Source: Candidatus Bathyarchaeota archaeon
Lineage (GTDB): Archaea; Thermoproteota; Bathyarchaeia; 40CM-2-53-6; RBG-13-38-9
Reading direction: 5' to 3'
Assembly: GCA_026015185.1 (NCBI GenBank)
Contig: JAOZGX010000062.1
Span: 1 to 40,416 of the forward strand
DNA: 40,416 nucleotides
The position numbers were made by a program, and so were the translations under genes. Under the pieces are notes generated by a model. That model searched no databases, was not told the origin of the DNA, and was given only the letters and a program-made list of their open reading frames with translations. The first letter of the stretch is position 1, and each line of letters begins with the position of its first letter. Positions 9,397 to 18,048 of this stretch are shown here, piece after piece.

Positions 9397-10482
9397 TCAA
9401 TTAAAGAATGCCTCTAATTTCTTAGCGGTCTCTTCTGGCACGCTAGAGATAATGGGCTCTTCCTGCAAAATTTCCATAAATCCTTTATCAGAAGTGTACA
9501 TATTTCTCAAATTAGGTCTTGAAATAATTCTTAGATTTATCAGAAAATATTCTGTTATCTCTCTTTTTAGGGGACCTGAATAGGCATTCATATTGAAACT
9601 CTGAAGGCCTAAACTTGATAGACCTACAAAGATCTTTGATAATCCCTCGCCTAAATCAGCTATTTCATTATTATTCAATTCTGTTAAGCAACTAGTCTTA
9701 CTTTTGATTATCCCAATAACTTCATTGTTGCTCCTTGGTGCAAAACTCGTCATCCATTTTACGCATCCACTATCACCAATATATCTTAAACCTAATTCCT
9801 GTTCAGATTTGATTAGATCTTCCCAATAGTTACTCGATTTTTTCTTGTAATATCTAAGACATTTATCAACTAATAATCCAGTTTCTTCGAAAGGTTTTGA
9901 GTCTATCAGAATTTGTACATGGGGATGAACGAATGAGGCACCACTTGGCTGTAGGAAATTTAAGCTTATTAAAGGATAGATATAGTCAGGATCCTTGGCA
10001 TTTACTTTAACAAAGAAATCATTACAAATCCTGAAACAATCTTGATAGTTCTCAGATTTAATAGCTGTAATATCGGTGAAATGATCTTCTGTTAGTATTC
10101 CAACCGCATGATATTTATTAAAAGGGTAAAGATTTGGAAAGAGAGTAAACTCTTTTAGTCTCATCCTACCAGAATTTATAAGATCTTCTTGGAATTTCGG
10201 GGTGGAAACTTCAATGTTATCTTGGCAAAAAGGACAATCTTTTGTGGATTCTTGCAGGAATCTTCGAATATCAATTAGATTGTTGTCGACTTGCTTTGGT
10301 CTTGTCGCTCTTTCAATATTTATTCTGGATTCTCTTCCAGTGAGAGGGTCTTTTCTGACTTCAATGTTCTGAGAATTCAATTCAAAATTGTGTAATGGAT
10401 TATGAATTGGGATAGTTCTGTAACATTTTTTAACAAAATTTATTCCATTATTTTTATTACTCAATTTACGCTCTGCCTTCAC
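9397..10482 (-). CDS. GalT-family hexose-1-phosphate nucleotidyltransferase (galactose-1-phosphate uridylyltransferase-like, HIT superfamily)
   Basis: KDPLTGRESRINIERATRPKQ matches [21 protein letters not shown] of GalT. CPFCQDN matches CFLCAGN. The HPHVQ active-site motif matches HPHGQ. GTG start immediately after a stop. Confidence 0.65.
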   Translation of the reverse strand: MKAERKLSNKNNGINFVKKCYRTIPIHNPLHNFELNSQNIEVRKDPLTGRESRINIERATRPKQVDNNLIDIRRFLQESTKDCPFCQDNIEVSTPKFQEDLINSGRMRLKEFTLFPNLYPFNKYHAVGILTEDHFTDITAIKSENYQDCFRICNDFFVKVNAKDPDYIYPLISLNFLQPSGASFVHPHVQILIDSKPFEETGLLVDKCLRYYKKKSSNYWEDLIKSEQELGLRYIGDSGCVKWMTSFAPRSNNEVIGIIKSKTSCLTELNNNEIADLGEGLSKIFVGLSSLGLQSFNMNAYSGPLKREITEYFLINLRIISRPNLRNMYTSDKGFMEILQEEPIISSVPEETAKKLEAFFN

Positions 10483-10590
10483 TTAGGATCATCATAGATG
10501 AAAGATATCTAATTATAATATCAATAATATTGTTAATAGCCCACAATAGATTAATGCTTATTGTGAATCGCATTTTAGGTTAAAGGGTAT

Positions 10591-11742
10591 TTGATTTTGA
10601 AAATAGCAATGGTGAGGTCGACACTTCATAAAGGTTCAGGTCAAGTAGTTCATATTGGAGAGCTCGTTAATCGACTAACGAATATGGGCCATCAAGTTTC
10701 TGTTTTTAGCCATGTAATTGAAAAAGGAGTTGAAGATATACCCATACAGAAAATCAATTTTTCTTTAGATTATCTCCCCTTTATACGTCATTTTAGATTT
10801 GCTTTGAATTGTGGAATTAAAATCCAAGAATACGATATCGTTCACACACAATATCACCCTGGAATTTTTGTTGGGAATTATGCTCACTCAATCAAGAATG
10901 TCCCTCATGTTTTTACATATCATGGATTTTCTCCTATTCGTATTTGGACTAATCCATTACAAAAAATTAAAATGGTTGATCATAGAATCGGAACTTTTTT
11001 TGGACTTAGATTAGGATTAGATCAAATAATTACGGTTAGTAATTTCCTAAAGAATGACTTGATAGATTTTCATAGAATTGAAGAGAATAGAATCAATGTT
11101 ATTTACAACGGAATAGATACTTTAAGATTCAATCCAACCATAGAAGGAGAAACTATAAGGAATCGATATGGGATTGGCAATACCCCACTTGTTTTATTCC
11201 TTGGTAGACTTGCGCCATATAAAGGGGCCCATCTTCTAATTAAAGCAATTCCATTAATTCAGAAAGAAGTTCCTAATGTTAAATTTCTCATAACAGGAGC
11301 CGCAAGATATGATTCGATCAAAATAAGTGAATTGATTACTAACTTGAAAATTAGGAGAGCTTTAATTTTTTCTGGTTTCGTTTCTGATGAAGAGATCCCG
11401 AAAATTTACGCCGCTTGCGATGTATTTTGTTATCCAAGTTTATGGGAGGGATTTGGGTTAACACCTGGTGAAGCGCAAGCTTGCGGTAAACCTGTTGTCG
11501 CTTTTGATCATTGTTCAATGCCCGAGGTAATTGCGAATAAAAAGACAGGCATTCTTGTTAAACCGGGTGATTATCGGGGCTTGGCAAAAGCTATTTCTTT
11601 CCTTCTTTTAAATGATAAGGAACGATTAGGAATGGGTAAAAATGGGAGGGAAAGAGTCGAAAGACTTTTTTCGTGGGATATGGCAGCCGAGAAAACCATT
11701 CGCATTTATAAAGATGCCATCAAAAAAATGAATGATTTTTAG
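10591..11742 (+). CDS. GT4 family glycosyltransferase (GT-B, retaining)
   Basis: C-terminal GT4 signature ...YPSLWEGFGLTPGEAQACGKPVVAFD... (the E-x7-E motif). Start ambiguous between TTG 10591, TTG 10597 (MKIAMV...) and ATG 10609. Confidence 0.75.
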   Translation: MILKIAMVRSTLHKGSGQVVHIGELVNRLTNMGHQVSVFSHVIEKGVEDIPIQKINFSLDYLPFIRHFRFALNCGIKIQEYDIVHTQYHPGIFVGNYAHSIKNVPHVFTYHGFSPIRIWTNPLQKIKMVDHRIGTFFGLRLGLDQIITVSNFLKNDLIDFHRIEENRINVIYNGIDTLRFNPTIEGETIRNRYGIGNTPLVLFLGRLAPYKGAHLLIKAIPLIQKEVPNVKFLITGAARYDSIKISELITNLKIRRALIFSGFVSDEEIPKIYAACDVFCYPSLWEGFGLTPGEAQACGKPVVAFDHCSMPEVIANKKTGILVKPGDYRGLAKAISFLLLNDKERLGMGKNGRERVERLFSWDMAAEKTIRIYKDAIKKMNDF

Positions 11743-11755
11743 ATTGTGTGTTTAG

Positions 11756-12400
11756 ATGACTGGCGCAACTATTTTAGATATGGATGGGACGCTTCTTGTT
11801 AAAAGATCTATCGATGTATTTTGTGAAGCATTCGGATTAACTGAGGAGCTTAAGGATATAGACAAACTTTCAAAGTCACTTTCAGCTTACAAGATAACTG
11901 AAAGAATCGTCGAGCTTTTAAAAGGAAAAAGTAGACAAGAGATGATAGATATATTTAATTCAATACCTCTGAATCCTGGTGTTGAGAATTTTGTCGATTT
12001 TATAAGAAAGAAAAATTTCTTGATAGCTATAGCAACAGATTCATATCAATTTTTAGCTGAAATCTTGGCTAAGAAATTGGGAATAGAAACTGTGTACGGT
12101 AATATTATTGAATTTAAGAATGATCTGATTACTGGCAAAGTCTTAACAGAACGCCACTGTTTGGAAATATCAGAATGTAAAGAATATGCAATATGTAAAC
12201 TATGGTTCTTAAGAGAAATCAGATCTCTTACTAGAGGAATTATTATCTGTGTAGGGGATGGAGACTCGGATTACTGTGCTTTTACTGAGGCAGATATTGC
12301 TATAGCCTATAGACCAAGAAGTAATAGATTGAAAACGATATCGCATATAACGGTCGCAGATTTTGATAAAGCATTAAAGTATATTAAAAAAAGAATCTGA
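11756..12400 (+). CDS. HAD-IB (SerB/phosphoserine-phosphatase-like) phosphatase; candidate glycosyl-3-phosphoglycerate phosphatase
   Basis: HAD motifs DMDGTL (I), IATDS (II) and GDGDSD (IV). It lies 14 bp after the GT4 gene and immediately upstream of the GpgS-like gene. Confidence 0.65.
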   Translation: MTGATILDMDGTLLVKRSIDVFCEAFGLTEELKDIDKLSKSLSAYKITERIVELLKGKSRQEMIDIFNSIPLNPGVENFVDFIRKKNFLIAIATDSYQFLAEILAKKLGIETVYGNIIEFKNDLITGKVLTERHCLEISECKEYAICKLWFLREIRSLTRGIIICVGDGDSDYCAFTEADIAIAYRPRSNRLKTISHITVADFDKALKYIKKRI

Positions 12401-12503
12401 TAAACATAAGATATTTCTTCATCAAATTCAGATAATGGACAACATTTAAACTCGAATTTTTATCATATTACTTAACACCTTAGCACTTTTTTGGGGGAGT
12501 TAA

Positions 12504-13928
12504 ATGCCTAGAGTAATTGATGGTATTAGTGATAAAATTAGATTACTAGAAGCTAAGGTTAAAAGAAAGCCAATTTCCATAATAGATGAAGTATTCAGGC
12601 TAAAATCTTCAATATATTTCACAGATGAATTTGGGACAAAAAAACCGCTATTGATCTCAGTTGTAATACCAACTTTTATTAAAAGCACACAGGAATTGAC
12701 TGGCTATAGATCTGAAGTTTTAATGAATGCTCTTCTTGAATTAGGGTTACTAGTTAGAAGAGGCATAATAGATGAAATTATAGTAGTAGATGGTACAAAC
12801 AGATATGGAGCCATTGATAATAGGCTAATGAGAGAAGTAATTTCAACAGCTGATCATGTCATCCCGCTTTTCCATGATATAATAGGTCTAATACGAAAAT
12901 ATCCAATAGTAAAGAATGATGCCCAATTGGGCTTGCATAATTTAGTTGTAAAAGTCGTACACCAATTAGATCCAAAAATTAATAGTGCTTATAAGAAATT
13001 ACAAATTCCGCCTCATAACTTATCTGGTGGAAAAGGCACAGCCTTATGGTTAGCTACAGGAATTGCATCAGGAGATATTATTGTCTTTTTAGATAGCGAT
13101 GTACGTAATTTTCAAAGATGGCAGGCTACTGCTTTAATGAGACCTATACTTAAATCGTGGCACAAATCAAAACCAATTAAATGTGTGAAAGCTTATTACA
13201 CAAGATTGAAAGTCAACATTGATTGGCCTGAAAAAGGGCTCTACTCAATAGGTGGGCGTGTTACAAGATTATTTGTGAGACCTCTTATTAGAATTCTAAG
13301 TAAGCACGGAGTATTGCGCGGATTAGAAAAATTAGAATACCCTTTATCAGGAGAGTTTGCTGCAAGAAAAGAGTGTTTAGAGTCTCTAGCGTTTGCTTCA
13401 AATTATAGCTTCGAAATGAGTACTTTAATTCAGATCTGGCGAAGAGATATGTTAGATCAAGTATCACAGGTCGATCTTCGCCTATTTCAGCATTTTCCAC
13501 AAAGAGATAAAAATATTCGAGAAATGGTTATACAAATAGCTGAATTAATAGTAGATGAATTGAAAGATAGCATAGAATTTGATGAAGTAATTATAGATGA
13601 ATATGTTGAAGAAGCGATGCAAGAGATACAAAATACAGAACATCTATATGATCAAACAGACATTAAGCGTGAAGTCCAACTTGAGGTCAGAAGAGATTTC
13701 GTTAAAGATACTGAAGGTGCAAAGAGAAGAGTAAAAATCTATGCAGAATCCTTGAAGAAAGTGATACAAAATTCAAAACAGAATAAAAGAAGAGACAGAA
13801 TTATCCTTCCTCCATGGAATGGACTTAGTAGTCAAAAAGAACTTGAGTTCAGAGCATTTCTGAAGCGAAGGGCAATAAGATCAACCCTTGAATTGTTGGA
13901 TAAACAGGGTTTAATAAAATTAGAATAA
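12504..13928 (+). CDS. glucosyl-3-phosphoglycerate synthase-like glycosyltransferase (GT81, GpgS family) with ~165-aa charged C-terminal extension
   Basis: Block-by-block match to mycobacterial GpgS: ISVVIPT, GGKGTALWLATGIASGDIIVFLDSDV (DSD motif), CVKAYYTR, GGRVTRLFVRPL, YPLSGEFAARKECLESL. Residues ~310-474 are an extra Glu/Lys/Arg-rich region. A GGGGGAG SD-like element sits 6 nt upstream. Confidence 0.7.
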   Translation: MPRVIDGISDKIRLLEAKVKRKPISIIDEVFRLKSSIYFTDEFGTKKPLLISVVIPTFIKSTQELTGYRSEVLMNALLELGLLVRRGIIDEIIVVDGTNRYGAIDNRLMREVISTADHVIPLFHDIIGLIRKYPIVKNDAQLGLHNLVVKVVHQLDPKINSAYKKLQIPPHNLSGGKGTALWLATGIASGDIIVFLDSDVRNFQRWQATALMRPILKSWHKSKPIKCVKAYYTRLKVNIDWPEKGLYSIGGRVTRLFVRPLIRILSKHGVLRGLEKLEYPLSGEFAARKECLESLAFASNYSFEMSTLIQIWRRDMLDQVSQVDLRLFQHFPQRDKNIREMVIQIAELIVDELKDSIEFDEVIIDEYVEEAMQEIQNTEHLYDQTDIKREVQLEVRRDFVKDTEGAKRRVKIYAESLKKVIQNSKQNKRRDRIILPPWNGLSSQKELEFRAFLKRRAIRSTLELLDKQGLIKLE

Positions 13929-13937
13929 TGATTTTAA

Positions 13938-15206
13938 TCAAAGTAAGGGCATCAATTTTTCATTGATAATTGTTTCCCAATTGAAATTTTTTACTACATT
14001 GTTAAAATTATTTTCCACTCTATGAGTTATGAATAATTTATAGATCCTGAATGCAATATCTCTAGGGCTTTCTGCTAAGTCGAACATATTTCCATCAATA
14101 TCGTCTTTAATCAGTTCTTTGAATGGTGGGATACGAGAGCAAAAGATAGGTTTTCTTGCAGCTCCCGCTTCAATAACTGGAAGGCCAAAACCCTCTTCCT
14201 TACTTGGGATAAATATTAAATCTGCTATATTGTAAACATCTGCAACGCTCCACTTTTTAACACCGCCATTTTCATACTCTCTTTCATGAGATACTATATC
14301 ATGGCAAAAAATTACATTCTTCTTTAGGTCTAGATTTTTTACAATCTCATAGAGCCATCTTAAATAGTCTTTACCTTGCTTACGTGCTTGATGGTCTGGA
14401 GGTCCTGTTATTAGGAGCTTTATTGCTAGAGCTTGCGTATCAATAAAATGTCTTAGTTCATCTATTACATGAAGTGCTAATTCGATATTTTTTCGAGGCG
14501 TAACTCGTACAGGTGTAACAATGATATAATCTTCAAATGAGATGTCCAGTTTATTTAATAATAGTTTAGTTGTTTCATCTATCTTGATATATTCCTCAAT
14601 ATCCACTCCATTTGGTATCACATTCATTGAAGGAATTCTAAATTGCTCAGGTAATTCTGAGAATTGTTTTGCTCTAAAGTTTGTAGGTGTAATATAAATT
14701 ATATTCTTATCTTTATAATGCAATAAGGAATACGGAAACTTGCGGAAATCTTCGTTCCATTCCTCTCTTAGAAGAATGCTATCATGTAGCCAGAAGATGA
14801 ATTTAATTTTAGTCTCTTCAGTAATCTCATTAATGGCAGCGGTAGCTGCAAAATTAAAAGGCATTGAGGGAATATTATGAATTATGCATACATCAAGCTT
14901 GGGCAATATTCCAATTAATTCTTTCTTAATATTATTTTTTAGCTCAATGAAATCTTTTGTCACGTCTTTTTTCTTTAAAATACTCTTCTGAACTTTCATT
15001 ACTTCTGGTCCATTTGAAGATAATGATGGTATCTGATGTTCAGTAAGATTTTTATTTTTTAATCCTCCTCCGCTGCCGTAAATCAGGGAAATCTTGTGGC
15101 CCATATTAGTAAGAAAGCGAATATGATCATCTATGATTATTTCTACGCCACCAATTTCTTTTTTTGGAGCTGAATAATGTATTATTCCAATTCTTTTCAA
15201 ATTCAA
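13938..15206 (-). CDS. GT4 family glycosyltransferase
   Basis: ...FIPSKEEGFGLPVIEAGAARKPIFCS... GT4 E-x7-E motif. TTG start, with alternatives 15204 or 15198 (MKRIGIIH...). It converges on the GpgS-like gene with a 9-bp gap. Confidence 0.65.
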   Translation of the reverse strand: MNLKRIGIIHYSAPKKEIGGVEIIIDDHIRFLTNMGHKISLIYGSGGGLKNKNLTEHQIPSLSSNGPEVMKVQKSILKKKDVTKDFIELKNNIKKELIGILPKLDVCIIHNIPSMPFNFAATAAINEITEETKIKFIFWLHDSILLREEWNEDFRKFPYSLLHYKDKNIIYITPTNFRAKQFSELPEQFRIPSMNVIPNGVDIEEYIKIDETTKLLLNKLDISFEDYIIVTPVRVTPRKNIELALHVIDELRHFIDTQALAIKLLITGPPDHQARKQGKDYLRWLYEIVKNLDLKKNVIFCHDIVSHEREYENGGVKKWSVADVYNIADLIFIPSKEEGFGLPVIEAGAARKPIFCSRIPPFKELIKDDIDGNMFDLAESPRDIAFRIYKLFITHRVENNFNNVVKNFNWETIINEKLMPLL

Positions 15207-15271
15207 AAGCCTAGTTCTATTTTTTATTCCATCTAAATATTAATCCATTTAGATCATAGTGATTATTATTT

Positions 15272-16204
15272 TCATAGCATGCTTTTTAATTTGTTACATC
15301 TTCGCTCAATTCTTTCTTTATCCGCAATTCCGATAGTTCCAAAATTCTCAACCACAAATGAAGCACTAGCAGTAGCAAATAAAGCCGCCTCTATTATATT
15401 TCCAGTTTCATAATGCCTTATTGCAAAACTTGAACCAAAGACATCTCCGGCACCTGTCTCATCAATCGTATTAATTTTGAATGCGGGGATCTTGTAAGGT
15501 TGATTATCATAAATTATGGAACCTTCCCTACCAAAAGTTAAAGCAATTGTCTTTACTCCAAGAGATTTTAACTCTTCACATATTTTTTTATAGGTTTTCA
15601 AATGGGATATTAAGCCAACTTCATTCTTCCCAACTTTTAAAAAGTCTATATTTTTTAACCAGTCTTCCCTCTCGATCCAAAAGCTCCTTTGAATTTTTTT
15701 GCCTTCCTGCTCACGTACTAGACCTTGTACATCTAAAGATAGGTATCTGCATTTTTTCCTCACATTCTTAACTAGATCAAGATCTATTTCTTGATAAACT
15801 GGATTAAGATGAATCATATCGAATTCTTCTTGAATGTCAAAAACAATCTTATTAGTAAATTCAAGTAACGATTGTTTTCTTTCAACAGAAGAGTAATCAT
15901 TAACGAACGAAGCTATATGTTCATCCTCTTGTAGAAGAACTTGGATTCCCTCTTTTTCTAAAAAGCTTATCCACTCTCTTAATTTGTAGTTGCCTTTGGT
16001 TAGTATGGATGATTTATAACCTAGCTTCAGAGCGGTGAGTCCAGCAAAACTTGCCCCACCAAAGAGATTTTTTTCTATTCTTTTTGTTTTGATTAAATCT
16101 TTTGTTATATTTCCTATAACTAGAAAGCTCATTTGATGAGCTTTTCTCCGCTCTAATAAATTCCTCGATATAGTGTGGACGCTATTATCATGCGAGTCCG
16201 CCAT
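15272..16204 (-). CDS. PfkB/ribokinase-family carbohydrate kinase
   Basis: N-terminal ...VIGNITKD...GGASFAG... and C-terminal DETGAGDVF (PfkB signature 2). An alternative ATG at 16132 (MSFLVIGN...) would give 287 aa. Confidence 0.7.
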   Translation of the reverse strand: MADSHDNSVHTISRNLLERRKAHQMSFLVIGNITKDLIKTKRIEKNLFGGASFAGLTALKLGYKSSILTKGNYKLREWISFLEKEGIQVLLQEDEHIASFVNDYSSVERKQSLLEFTNKIVFDIQEEFDMIHLNPVYQEIDLDLVKNVRKKCRYLSLDVQGLVREQEGKKIQRSFWIEREDWLKNIDFLKVGKNEVGLISHLKTYKKICEELKSLGVKTIALTFGREGSIIYDNQPYKIPAFKINTIDETGAGDVFGSSFAIRHYETGNIIEAALFATASASFVVENFGTIGIADKERIERRCNKLKSML

Positions 16205-16213
16205 ATCGAAGTT

Positions 16214-16705
16214 CTAATGATGATAGTGCGTATGGCCCGGAAATGTTGTAGGTTGCGGGGGCTGCGGAAATGTTGTTGGTTGTGGTGTTGAAGGGAATAA
16301 TTGCCATTGACATTGTGGACAGAGTATCATATTCATGTAATTCCTAGTGCAGTTTGTACAAAGTAATTTACCGCATTTGCCACAAACATAAATTGCGGGA
16401 AGATTTGGATGAAATGAACACGTGCCGACCATAGGGCGTCTTTGTATACTGGGTGCAGTAGGTTGAGCTTGAGGTACCGGAGGAGCACTTGGATAATTCT
16501 GTGAGGTTGGTGGATATGTGGGAGGTGGGGCAGGTGGTGGAGTAGTCATTGGAGGTGGGGTTGCTGTTGAAGGTGGGGGAGTTGCAGGAACAGTAGGTGG
16601 GGGAACTGGGGGAGTGCCAGGTGGCGTAAAACTAGTTCCACATTTCGAACAAAAACTCGCTATATCTCTATTAGCTGCGCCACATTTTGGGCAATCTTTC
16701 GCCAT
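16214..16705 (-). CDS. zinc-ribbon / proline-rich linker / B-box-like zinc-finger protein
   Basis: N-terminal C-x2-C-x10-C-x2-C (CPKCGAANRDIASFCSKCG). A ~60-aa PPxP low-complexity linker follows. Then C-x2-H-x8-C-x2-C-x4-C-x2-C-x10-C-x2-C (CSFHPNLPAIYVCGKCGKLLCTNCTRNYMNMILCPQC). The tail carries a TPQPTTFPQPPQPTTFP repeat and a His-rich end. Confidence 0.55.
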   Translation of the reverse strand: MAKDCPKCGAANRDIASFCSKCGTSFTPPGTPPVPPPTVPATPPPSTATPPPMTTPPPAPPPTYPPTSQNYPSAPPVPQAQPTAPSIQRRPMVGTCSFHPNLPAIYVCGKCGKLLCTNCTRNYMNMILCPQCQWQLFPSTPQPTTFPQPPQPTTFPGHTHYHH

Positions 16706-16870
16706 TTTTTTCTCAACTCATAAGATTAAAGTTATTTTTAATTAAGTACATTCTTTAATTTAATTTTTAGGTATTTAGTATGCTTTTGAGAAAAATTAAG
16801 ATTAATAAAAGAACTTTAAGTTAATATTAAGTATTCAAGTTGGAAGTTGTTTAATTCAATCTTTGATAAT

Positions 16871-17389
16871 TCATGCCATCTTTTTTAGAAGCTCATTGAT
16901 ATTATCTTGCCTATATCCAAGTTCTCCTCCGCTTTTATAAGCCCTTTTTGTACTTTTTTTGAAACCTCCTTTAGGAGGATGTAATCGGAATACTGGTTTT
17001 ACACCAACCTCACGTAAATGCCTTAAAGTTATTTTCGTATCCCATAAGGCTTTAGTAACTTCTTCAATAGAATTGAGTCGAAGTTTTTCTTTTACAAATT
17101 CATTAGTTAATTTTTTATTTCCTGCTAATCTGCCTCTTTTTCTTAGCACAATTTCCATGCTCTCTTTGTTTATTTCGCCCCAAGTTATGAAGTCTTTAAC
17201 CTTTTTCAGCATACCATCTATTTCAGGTCTTTTTTGTAAAAATACTGCGTTGAACTTTTTGGGTAAATTCAATGAATTAAATGTCTTTTTAGTATTTGGA
17301 TCGAGACCTACTGTACCTCTTAACCTAATGGCCACTAGAAAATCATCTTTGGTTTTTTCTAATTTTGCTTTTTTTTCTTTTTGAGTCAT
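16871..17389 (-). CDS. rpl30: 50S ribosomal protein uL30 (L30P/L7e)
   Basis: LVAIRLRGTVG...GMLKKVKDFITWGE matches archaeal uL30. Its ATG overlaps the stop of the upstream uL18 gene (ATGA). Confidence 0.8.
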   Translation of the reverse strand: MTQKEKKAKLEKTKDDFLVAIRLRGTVGLDPNTKKTFNSLNLPKKFNAVFLQKRPEIDGMLKKVKDFITWGEINKESMEIVLRKRGRLAGNKKLTNEFVKEKLRLNSIEEVTKALWDTKITLRHLREVGVKPVFRLHPPKGGFKKSTKRAYKSGGELGYRQDNINELLKKMA

Positions 17390-17991
17390 GCTTTTGCTTT
17401 CACCTTTGAATATTCTTGAGCTATTTTGTCTTTTGTTTTCTCAAAGGTTTCTGGGATTTTCTGAGGATCTAATTTCTCTGCAATATATTTAGAAAAATGC
17501 TTGTTGTAAAGCTCTGCATTTTCACTTAGAGTCTTAGCATAATCTGATATGTGCTTCCCCTTTATTCTGTCCATATCCGGTAATATTTCTTCTCCGTGGG
17601 GGATCTCCATACCTGCATCTAAGGCACCTTTTAATGCTGCGTACATTCTCGATCCTTTGGAAGACACGTTCAATCCTGTGTCTAATACAGCTTTATTCAT
17701 TCCTTTCTTAACAGCTTTAAATCCAGCCATAAAGCCTGTTAAATAAGCAGTTGGAACATTTCCAAAATTAATATTCCAATCATACTTTTTCAATTCATTT
17801 GAATTTGAAGAAGCTATCACAAAGTCTCCATTGGATTTAGCTTCATATAATTGGACTATTATATTTTTATTCGTAGGTCTAACGACTAATCTTGGCGTCC
17901 TAGACAAAACTAATCTCATTCTCTGTTTATAGTCTGTCTTGCCTTCTCTTTTTCTCCTAAAAGGAACATTATATCTTGGGCCACGTGCCAT
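17386..17991 (-). CDS. rpl18: 50S ribosomal protein uL18 (L18P/L5e)
   Basis: MARGPRYNVPFRRKREGKTDYKQRMRLV... is the conserved uL18 N-terminus. I place the start at internal ATG 17991. The ORF-track start at 18042 is TTG and adds 17 non-conserved residues. Confidence 0.8.
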   Translation of the reverse strand: MARGPRYNVPFRRKREGKTDYKQRMRLVLSRTPRLVVRPTNKNIIVQLYEAKSNGDFVIASSNSNELKKYDWNINFGNVPTAYLTGFMAGFKAVKKGMNKAVLDTGLNVSSKGSRMYAALKGALDAGMEIPHGEEILPDMDRIKGKHISDYAKTLSENAELYNKHFSKYIAEKLDPQKIPETFEKTKDKIAQEYSKVKAKA

Positions 17992-18048
17992 ATTTAATAT
18001 CACCAAAGTTTTAACTGTAATAATAGAATCTTGAAATCTCAATCCTAA

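Noticed and set aside
10811-11014. 67-aa ORF in an alternative frame of the GT4 gene
   Set aside because: It is embedded in a CDS carrying a conserved GT4 signature. It is probably a frame artefact.
16518-16745. Gly-rich 75-aa plus-strand ORF
   Set aside because: It is the antisense reading of the poly-proline (CCN) linker of the zinc-ribbon protein and so yields poly-Gly. It is not an independent gene.
16959-17384. 141-aa plus-strand ORF
   Set aside because: It is fully antisense to the conserved uL30 gene, with no motifs and low complexity.
17992-18042. N-terminal TTG extension of uL18 (and likewise 19226-19249 for eS4, 38148-38162 for BNR, 39265-39393 for rhodanese)
   Set aside because: The conserved protein N-termini begin at internal ATGs. 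The extensions are non-conserved and, for rhodanese, overlap the preceding gene.
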